Positions 57,223 to 64,000 of a stretch of DNA of 64,000 nucleotides are shown here, piece by piece (within the stretch, counting starts at the first letter, position 1; each line of letters opens with the position of its first letter). A program made the translations under genes and the position numbers. Source of the stretch: a virus. Taxonomy: Duplodnaviria > Caudoviricetes. The stretch lies in the IMG/VR virus record IMGVR_UViG_3300030098_005649; one strand, 5' to 3'. Under the pieces are notes generated by a model that saw nothing but the letters and a program-made list of their open reading frames with translations, had not been told where the DNA came from and did not search any database.

Positions 57223-58790
57223 TGGCTAATTTTGAGGTAGATATATACAAAGATATTAGTACAAGAGGAAGAAGACCATTCCCTATTCCTATGAATGGAA
57301 CTAAACTAAAAGTTGTAATACCTAAAATAACAAAATATGTCTCAAAGAAAAACAGAGTTGGTGGAGATATAGGGTATGTAGAAGTATACTTGAATCTTGG
57401 TAGAGGTGATTCTCAGTTTCTTGGAAGTATGCAAAAGAAGAAAAAATGGAAATGGGAACCTGGTGATGCTCTAAAAAAGAATAAAGATAATTTAGCAAAT
57501 AGAGTAGAAGAACACTACGAACCTATCAAAGAATCTAAAGAAAAAATAAAAGAAAATTTACAATCGTTTTACCGATATATGCAAGACTTTTATGGTCAAA
57601 AAGGTATATATCCTGATAAAAGGGGAAGACCTCTCAAAGTAAATGATATAAATGTTGCACTATCGGTATATCTTAAAAAGTATTCCGCTGACACCTTTAC
57701 TGGTGATAGTTTAGATAGAGAAAGAGTTCGTGATATTCTAATCAAGATGAAAAAAATTGACCCTCAATATAAAAAGAATGAGGGAGTCAGATTATCAATG
57801 AAAGAACATTTACTTACCGAAAGAGATTTCTTGGTATATGATGTACAACCAAAAAGAGTTGAGGCATTTCTAAAGAAATATAAAAAAGTTGAACCATCTA
57901 TGAAACCATATTTGAAAGGTAACTTGATGAAGGCTTATGTCAAGTGGTTAGATTGGAAAGGTAAGAATGAAGATAAACTTGGTGGTAGACCAGAAAAGGT
58001 AGATTCAGATACCTTTGGTTCAAAAACATTTTATAAATTTGATGGATTACCAGGTTGGGCAAATGTATTTCAGTATTTGTATAAGAAAAAAAATGAAATA
58101 ATTGAAAACAGAATTGATGGAGTTGAGGTAAAGGATGAACACATAAAAGGATTCATTGATAAGGCACTAAAACTTTCAGGAATCAAAGTTGTAAAATATC
58201 AACCTATGAAGAAATCATTTATCCAAAGTCAGATTTGGGGTGGATTCTATACTGTAAAATCTGCTAACGGAACTGATGTATTACCATTTTATGTAAATTC
58301 TAAAGGTATGATTGACTTGGGTGTGTCTTCAGACCAATTCATAGTAGGAAAGTATGGTGCAATTCTAAAGGTAATAAAGAATCTAAAAAGTTTCAAGAAA
58401 ACAGATTTAGACCAAAAATATTACGAAGAATCTTTTGGTAGAGGACCCGCTCCAACTCCAAAGGGATATGATGCGGCTATGAAGAAAATGTTGAAGTATA
58501 TGCAAAAGAAAGCCGAAGACTACTATAAAAGAGAATTACCTAAATTATATGATATGGGTGCATGGGAATATCCAGATTTATTGAGACCTGGTATAAAATT
58601 TGATAAGATTGTAAATGTCAGAAACAAAAGAGCTGGTGCAGTTTCATTTTTTGTAGATAGAGCAACAGGTGATATTTACAAACCTGCAAGTTTTAGAGCA
58701 CCCGCTAAAGGTGTAAGAGGAAACATATTCAAATCAGACACTTGGAAGAAGTATGATGTCCACGGTGGTTGGTTGTATAGATATAGGTAA
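57222..58790 (+). CDS. Basic multi-module hypothetical protein
   Basis: Modules separated by xxE sites; C-terminal FVDRATGDIYKPASFRAPAKGVRGNI. Confidence 0.6.
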   Translation: MANFEVDIYKDISTRGRRPFPIPMNGTKLKVVIPKITKYVSKKNRVGGDIGYVEVYLNLGRGDSQFLGSMQKKKKWKWEPGDALKKNKDNLANRVEEHYEPIKESKEKIKENLQSFYRYMQDFYGQKGIYPDKRGRPLKVNDINVALSVYLKKYSADTFTGDSLDRERVRDILIKMKKIDPQYKKNEGVRLSMKEHLLTERDFLVYDVQPKRVEAFLKKYKKVEPSMKPYLKGNLMKAYVKWLDWKGKNEDKLGGRPEKVDSDTFGSKTFYKFDGLPGWANVFQYLYKKKNEIIENRIDGVEVKDEHIKGFIDKALKLSGIKVVKYQPMKKSFIQSQIWGGFYTVKSANGTDVLPFYVNSKGMIDLGVSSDQFIVGKYGAILKVIKNLKSFKKTDLDQKYYEESFGRGPAPTPKGYDAAMKKMLKYMQKKAEDYYKRELPKLYDMGAWEYPDLLRPGIKFDKIVNVRNKRAGAVSFFVDRATGDIYKPASFRAPAKGVRGNIFKSDTWKKYDVHGGWLYRYR

Positions 58791-58794
58791 GATT

Positions 58795-59091
58795 ATGATA
58801 AAACTAAAAAAATTATTAACAGAAAGTGAATACCTAAAAAGAGAGTTTGGTGAATCATTACCTACATTGGATAGTGTTATGAAATTACACCAAGAGGCAT
58901 CCGAAAGTGGAGTTGATTTGGCCAAAAGAGTTTTGAAGAATCAAACGATGGAAAAGGGTATGGATATGCAAACTGCAAATCTAATCGTAACGATAGATAA
59001 GGCATACGATAAAAATCCAAGACTACAAAAGATGTTTCGGTCAATGCCACCAAAGAAAATGATAAGGATTGCTCAACAATTTCGTAAGTAA
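58795..59091 (+). CDS. Small protein starting MIKLKKLLTE (putative internal head protein)
   Basis: ATG 58795 directly after the upstream stop; shared N-terminal motif. Confidence 0.6.
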   Translation: MIKLKKLLTESEYLKREFGESLPTLDSVMKLHQEASESGVDLAKRVLKNQTMEKGMDMQTANLIVTIDKAYDKNPRLQKMFRSMPPKKMIRIAQQFRK

Positions 59092-59095
59092 TAAT

Positions 59096-59608
59096 ATGAT
59101 AAAACTAAAAACATTATTATCTGAAGGCCCAATACCATATCAGAATTATGCAACAGATTCTAAAGATGGTGCGTCAAAGGGTGCAATAAAAGATTTTGAA
59201 AAAGTATTCAAGAAAGTATCTTTAGAACAAGGTAGACACCCAAAAAATTCTTGGTGGGCAGGTGGTCAAGGTCAAGGTATAAAGGCAGGAACTTCAAGAA
59301 TAGATAAAAAAGAATCGAGATATCAAGTATCTGAACCTGCAGGATTTGATAAACCAATAAAATTTGAAAAAATTAAGACTATAGAATCTTCCATACAAGT
59401 AGGAAGTGATGTAGTACCAGGTAATGAAGAATATGCATTATATACACTTAAAGACTTTTTGAAAGATGTAAAAAAGATGGGTGGATATAAATTGAAAAAG
59501 ACTTCTGTAAGAACTCATTTTACACTACACAAGGGTGGTAATACATATGCATTATATTTTACACCATCAATGGCTGGAACATATGTAAGTTTGAAATCGA
59601 GGTTATAA
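59096..59608 (+). CDS. Protein starting MIKLKTLLSE (putative internal head protein)
   Basis: ATG 59096; 5' DNA nearly identical to that at 58795. Confidence 0.6.
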   Translation: MIKLKTLLSEGPIPYQNYATDSKDGASKGAIKDFEKVFKKVSLEQGRHPKNSWWAGGQGQGIKAGTSRIDKKESRYQVSEPAGFDKPIKFEKIKTIESSIQVGSDVVPGNEEYALYTLKDFLKDVKKMGGYKLKKTSVRTHFTLHKGGNTYALYFTPSMAGTYVSLKSRL

Positions 59609-60498
59609 TGAGTAAGCAATATTTAGATGCTGAATTTGTTGGTGATGTAGATTTTAGACCTGTTAGAAAAGCTTGGGTGTACAAAAAAGATAAACCTAAA
59701 AATGATTATTTTGGGGTTGTTATAGCAAAAAGTAAAGCAAGATATGAAATAGAGTTGGGTAGACATAGTAGTGATGATAAGGCAAAAAAGTATTTCTTAT
59801 CATATTTGAAAAGAAAATTTACACCAATGGAATCAATATCAAAAGAAGATTTGAGAGTATTATTAGAAGAATATGGAATTGATGGATTAGCAAAACTTAT
59901 AAATGAGTACTCAGGAACACTAACAGGATATGGATTGAACACAGGTGATGCTTGGCCTGATGGTATTTTTACAAAGTATGGTGAGGAAAGAATTGTAGGA
60001 CCTGGTGGGATGCCACGAGGTATGGTTCAAGTAGATGTACCAAAGGCTGATGTGGTCTATGGTGGAGATGGTGGAAGAAAGACCATAACACAATCTAAAA
60101 TGAATCCTGAGAATAAAAAGAAAATGGTAGTGATAGACCCACACGAGTTGAGGGATGATACACCACCATTGTCACCTAAACAAAGAATTTATGGAAGAAG
60201 AGCTTTTGGTAAGAATCCAGAGTACACTATTCCTTTAGAAACACACGATATGGTACACACTGCAGATGTTTTGAAAAAACCAACCACACCACCTGAGGGA
60301 AGTGTGAGTGGTGGAATACCTGCAACACCCGAACCAGGATCGAAAAAAGCTGGTAGTTCAAGTGGATATAGACAATTTCAAAAGGGTGGAAAGAGTGTGA
60401 TGCACGATGTAGATAAATTGTATGTACATAAGAAACTAAAAGAATCTACTTACAAAAATGTGATGTCACAATTACTTGGTAAAAAAACTAAAAAGTAG
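59608..60498 (+). CDS. Hypothetical protein with Pro/Gly-rich C-terminal half
   Basis: 296 aa, coupled start. Confidence 0.55.
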   Translation: MSKQYLDAEFVGDVDFRPVRKAWVYKKDKPKNDYFGVVIAKSKARYEIELGRHSSDDKAKKYFLSYLKRKFTPMESISKEDLRVLLEEYGIDGLAKLINEYSGTLTGYGLNTGDAWPDGIFTKYGEERIVGPGGMPRGMVQVDVPKADVVYGGDGGRKTITQSKMNPENKKKMVVIDPHELRDDTPPLSPKQRIYGRRAFGKNPEYTIPLETHDMVHTADVLKKPTTPPEGSVSGGIPATPEPGSKKAGSSSGYRQFQKGGKSVMHDVDKLYVHKKLKESTYKNVMSQLLGKKTKK

Positions 60499-60528
60499 AT
60501 ATTTATACTTATATAACGGAGAACAACA

Positions 60529-61059
60529 ATGCCTAAATTAAAAGACTTATTAGAAGAACACTTTATCGCTGGTGGGATAGTATCAACACCTGCACTTGGA
60601 GTTGGACAAACTTTCAAGACAAATATGAAAGATAAACCCATCGTTGAGGTTGAAGACGAAGAAAAAGAAGAACCTATCGATGAAAAGAAATTTATGGAAT
60701 CCGTAAATAATTTCAATAATATCGGTGAAGAACTTTATAGAAAGACATCCTTGAAAGAACTTGCATCCCATTTAGGCTGGGTTTGTGAAACTGCTTCAAG
60801 ACATGCAGTAAATGAGTTAGATGGATGGTTTGATAAAGTAACCGTTTCTCGTAATATGAAAGAATTGAAAAAACTTGGTGGTAACTTTGGAAAGATTGCT
60901 ACTGAGGCACAAGACCTACAAGAAAGAATGGCTGTTTTGTATGAAGATATGGGACACATTTTAGGTCGTTATTATACAATTGGTGAGGACACAAATTCAA
61001 AAGTAAAAGAACAGAAAGTAAAGTTCTCAAAATTGATTACACAGAAAAATAATAAGTAG
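60529..61059 (+). CDS. Helical head-region protein starting MPKLKDLLEE
   Basis: GGAG SD; ATATTTAT at 60499-506; YEDMGHILGRYY. Confidence 0.6.
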   Translation: MPKLKDLLEEHFIAGGIVSTPALGVGQTFKTNMKDKPIVEVEDEEKEEPIDEKKFMESVNNFNNIGEELYRKTSLKELASHLGWVCETASRHAVNELDGWFDKVTVSRNMKELKKLGGNFGKIATEAQDLQERMAVLYEDMGHILGRYYTIGEDTNSKVKEQKVKFSKLITQKNNK

Positions 61060-61067
61060 AGGTATAA

Positions 61068-61268
61068 ATGGCAACAAATGTCTCTGTAGTTGTAAAAAAC
61101 AACAGTGTTGAAAAGGCTCTCAGTATTTTCAAAAGAAAAGTAAAAGAGAGTAAGGTGTTAGTAGAGTATAAAGAACGACAATTTTATACTAAAAAATCTG
61201 AAGTAAAGAGAAGAAAGAATATAAAGGCTAAATTACGATTTAAAAAAATATTAGCCGAAATGGACTAA
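61068..61268 (+). CDS. rpsU: 30S ribosomal protein bS21 (phage-encoded)
   Basis: V.VKNNSVEKAL..FKRK..ESKVL.EYKERQFYTKKSEVKRRK matches the bS21 pattern; 66 aa. Confidence 0.88.
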   Translation: MATNVSVVVKNNSVEKALSIFKRKVKESKVLVEYKERQFYTKKSEVKRRKNIKAKLRFKKILAEMD

Positions 61269-61283
61269 TTTTCTAAATTCTAT

Positions 61284-61368
61284 ATATTTATATAAAAATA
61301 AATACACTATTTTTTCTTTATAGTGTACCTGAAATAATAATTCTATTATTGTTCCCCTAATAACAATA
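61284..61368 (+). promoter_or_regulatory. Late promoter motif plus two-hairpin 5' leader of the scaffold/capsid transcript
   Basis: ATATTTAT 61284-91; TACACTAT/ATAGTGTA stem 61303-27; TATTGTT/AACAATA stem 61347-68. Confidence 0.5.
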
Positions 61369-61392
61369 CTAAAATCCAATCTGGAGATTAAA

Positions 61393-62502
61393 ATGGATGA
61401 CCTTTTAAAAGAGGCCATTGCAGATGCTAAAGTAGTCAGAGATACAGCTGTTGAAAACGCTCGTCTTGCACTCGCTGAAGCTTTTACACCTAAAATCCAA
61501 TCGATGTTAACACAGAAGATTCGTCAGGAAGTCGAAGATGAAAATCAAGAAGATGAAATGAAAGATGAAGCTATGGATGACGAAGTTGAAGATGAAGGTG
61601 AAGAGAAGAAAGAGGGATACGGAGATGAGGGTGAGCACGAAGACGAAGGCGAAGAGATGAAAGAAGTCGAAGATGAAGTCCACGATGAAGTTGAAGATGA
61701 AGTCCACGATGAAGTTGAGGATGAAGTCCACGATGAAGTTGAGGATGAAGTCCACGATGAAGTCGAAGACGAAGGTGAACACGATGATGAAGATGACGAC
61801 CTTGACCTTGAATCTATCTTGAGAGAGTTAGAAAAAGAAGTTGAGGACGAAGACGATGAAGTCGAAGAAGTCTCACACGCTGATGAAGATGAAGAACTTG
61901 AAGAAGAACTTAAGTCTTCTGAAGTCGGAGCTGCTGATAATAAACTTGACAAAGATGCTGAATCTTCTTCTGATATCGGTAAAGCTGATAAAGCTAAACA
62001 TACCGAAGGTGTAGAAGACGAAGGTGAGCACGAGGATGAAGATATGGAAGAAGATATCGACCTTGAAGAAATCTTGAAAGCTTTATCTGAAGTCGAAGAC
62101 GAAGATGAAGAAGTCGAAGAGAATGTCGAGGAAATCACTCAGTTGAAATCTGAACTCGAAGAGTATCGCAATGCCGTCAAATATATGCGAGGCAAACTTA
62201 ATGAAGTTAACTTGCTAAACGCGAAACTTTTATTCACTAACAAATTATTCCGTGCATTCGGATTATCTGAAGGTGACAAGTATCGTGTCGTAGAGACTTT
62301 TGACAGAGCAAAGAATTTGAGAGAAGTGAAACTTGTTTACGCTACTCTTGCTGAATCCTTTGGTCAAAAGCCTAAAATTCAAGAATCCAAAGGCAAATCT
62401 TCTAAACCTGTTGCTTCAACCCAACCTAAGAATGAATCGAAAGTGATTTCTGAAGGTAATGATTTGAAGAATAGGTTTAAGAAATTAGCTAACATAATAT
62501 AA
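61393..62502 (+). CDS. Prohead core scaffolding protein (gp22-like)
   Basis: Highly acidic; LNEVNLLNAKLLFTNKLF, FDRA...EVKL; directly upstream of the capsid gene. Confidence 0.85.
   Translation: MDDLLKEAIADAKVVRDTAVENARLALAEAFTPKIQSMLTQKIRQEVEDENQEDEMKDEAMDDEVEDEGEEKKEGYGDEGEHEDEGEEMKEVEDEVHDEVEDEVHDEVEDEVHDEVEDEVHDEVEDEGEHDDEDDDLDLESILRELEKEVEDEDDEVEEVSHADEDEELEEELKSSEVGAADNKLDKDAESSSDIGKADKAKHTEGVEDEGEHEDEDMEEDIDLEEILKALSEVEDEDEEVEENVEEITQLKSELEEYRNAVKYMRGKLNEVNLLNAKLLFTNKLFRAFGLSEGDKYRVVETFDRAKNLREVKLVYATLAESFGQKPKIQESKGKSSKPVASTQPKNESKVISEGNDLKNRFKKLANII
61669..61764 (+). repeat. 4 x 24-bp tandem repeat encoding (EDEVHDEV)4
   Basis: gaRgatgaagtccacgatgaagtY units at 61669, 61693, 61717, 61741. 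Confidence 0.95.
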
Positions 62503-62513
62503 GGGAGACTATA

Positions 62514-64000
62514 ATGTCTAATTTTGATTCAATTAAAGGTATAATGGATGGGTATAACCCACACCGTGCCTTAATGGAACAGACCCGTAAGTTAGTCAAG
62601 AAGTGGGAGCCAACTGGTTTATTGGAAGGTATTACCGAAGAGAACAAGACACACGGAATGGCTGTTCTTTTGGAAAACCAAGCTCGTCAATTAATTGATG
62701 AGTCTTCCAAAACTGGTACTCAATCTAATTCTGAAGAATGGGCAGGTGTTGCTTTACCATTAGTTCGTAGAATTTTTGGTGAATTAGCTGCACAAGACTT
62801 TGTTAGTGTTCAACCTATGAACCTACCAAGTGGTCTTATCTTCTATCTTGACTTCAAGTATGGTAGTGCACAACCTGGTTTCACTCAAAACTCTGATGTG
62901 TTTGGTAACACTTCAGGTTCTGGTGATGCAACAGGTGGTCTTTATGGTGCTGGTAAATTCGGATATTCTATAAACGAAGCCGAATCAGGTAACCATGCTA
63001 TCGCTGCTCTTACTGGATCTGCAACTCTTGCAATGATTGATTTTGATAACACTGTTTCAGAATCTATTGCTAACTTAAAGTACTATCTACTACCTATTTC
63101 TGGTTCTTCCAATGGTGACATTGGTGGCATTCGTGCTTGGGAACCTGTTGGTAACGATAGTGCACTAACAACTTGGTATCCTGCATTTACCAAACCAGCT
63201 AACTCTTCTAATGAAGTTGTTGCTGCTGATGCTGCTACTCACATTCGTTTTGTCGTTGATGAGAATGCGAAGAATGATACAGCAAAATTCAAGTATCATA
63301 AACAACCTACCGATATCACTCGTGGTGACTTTGAAGCTTCACCAACTCCTGGTAACGATGGTGGTTTCTCTGGTGAAGGTGATGTTGGAATACCAGAAAT
63401 CGATATTTCTCTAAGAAGTATTCCGATTGTTGCGAAAACTCGTAAGTTGAAAGCTGTCTGGACTCCAGAACTTGCTCAAGACCTAAATGCTTATCATAGT
63501 GTTGATGCAGAAGCTGAATTGACTTCACTTCTATCCGAGTACATTTCAATGGAAATCGATTTAGAAATCCTTGACTTGTTATTGGTAAATGCTAACGCTA
63601 AGACAGAATACTGGTCAGCAAAAATTGCTAATGAGTATAATTCTGGTACTGGTGCTTTCGCTGAGACTGCAACAAACCAGTCTGCTTACACTAAAGGAAC
63701 TTGGTTCCAGACTCTTGGAAACAAGTTACAATCTGTTTCAAATGCAATTCATCAGAAGACCCTCAGAGGTGGTGCTAACTTTATCGTAGTTTCTCCTGAA
63801 ACTGCTACCATCATTGAGTCTATTCCTGGATTTGCAGCTGATTCCGATGGTGCTGCAACTAACAATCAATACGCGATGGGCGTACAAAAAGTAGGGGCTC
63901 TAAATAACAGATATACTGTTTACAAGAACCCTTATATGATCGAAAACCAGATTCTATGTGGATTTAGAGGTTCTAACTTCCTCGAATCAGGTGCCGTGTA
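62514..64000 (+). CDS. gp23: Major capsid protein (gp23-like), truncated by the window end
   Basis: Own translation: KW..TGLLEG, AVLLENQ, LPLVRRIFG, VSVQPMNLPSGLIFYLDFKYG, TRKLKAVWTPELAQDLNAYHSVDAEAELT; GGGAG SD; no stop in the window. Confidence 0.97.
   Translation, partial: MSNFDSIKGIMDGYNPHRALMEQTRKLVKKWEPTGLLEGITEENKTHGMAVLLENQARQLIDESSKTGTQSNSEEWAGVALPLVRRIFGELAAQDFVSVQPMNLPSGLIFYLDFKYGSAQPGFTQNSDVFGNTSGSGDATGGLYGAGKFGYSINEAESGNHAIAALTGSATLAMIDFDNTVSESIANLKYYLLPISGSSNGDIGGIRAWEPVGNDSALTTWYPAFTKPANSSNEVVAADAATHIRFVVDENAKNDTAKFKYHKQPTDITRGDFEASPTPGNDGGFSGEGDVGIPEIDISLRSIPIVAKTRKLKAVWTPELAQDLNAYHSVDAEAELTSLLSEYISMEIDLEILDLLLVNANAKTEYWSAKIANEYNSGTGAFAETATNQSAYTKGTWFQTLGNKLQSVSNAIHQKTLRGGANFIVVSPETATIIESIPGFAADSDGAATNNQYAMGVQKVGALNNRYTVYKNPYMIENQILCGFRGSNFLESGAV

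Noticed and set aside
61669-61764. CRISPR-like repeats
   Set aside because: Head-to-tail, no spacers, in frame within a CDS; no cas genes.
61545-62138. 197-aa Ser-rich minus-strand ORF
   Set aside because: Antisense shadow of the Glu/Asp codons (GAA/GAT) of the scaffold gene.
1-64000. Genome-wide stop-codon reassignment (code 4/15/25)
   Set aside because: Long ORFs tile the window in code 11; TGA and TAG end conserved genes (TerL, portal, ATGA overlaps). Only one isolated in-frame TGA was seen.
1-64000. tRNA/rRNA genes
   Set aside because: No cloverleaf, T-loop GTTCRA/CCA pattern or rRNA-like sequence in the short intergenic gaps.

Overview
This window is part of a large, AT-rich, T4-related myovirus genome read with the standard genetic code and almost entirely on the + strand. 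It resembles the ribosomal-protein-bS21-carrying large phages. In order it contains: (1) an early operon of DUF262/HNH protein, PLP enzyme, two different glycosyltransferases and an HD hydrolase, probably a DNA-hypermodification module; (2) a gp55-like late sigma factor; (3) baseplate and tail genes (gp5-like hub, gp25, gp6, a 2516-aa wedge protein); (4) a cell-envelope cluster of outer-membrane beta-barrel, an unannotated 23-aa 9-Cys metallothionein-like peptide, lipoprotein, MshEN-TM-coiled-coil protein and secreted thioredoxin-fold protein; (5) an origin-like repeat followed by resolvase, primase and a fused Mre11-Rad50; (6) a tail fibre with a Hint domain and a C-terminal auto-cleaving chaperone, then a GH108 endolysin; (7) many Lys-rich modular proteins that look like head-packaged polyproteins; (8) TerL, portal, prohead protease, bS21, scaffold and the start of the major capsid protein. 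I recognised no tRNA, rRNA, CRISPR array, integrase or transposase. Family assignments come from motif recognition by eye, not from database searches.
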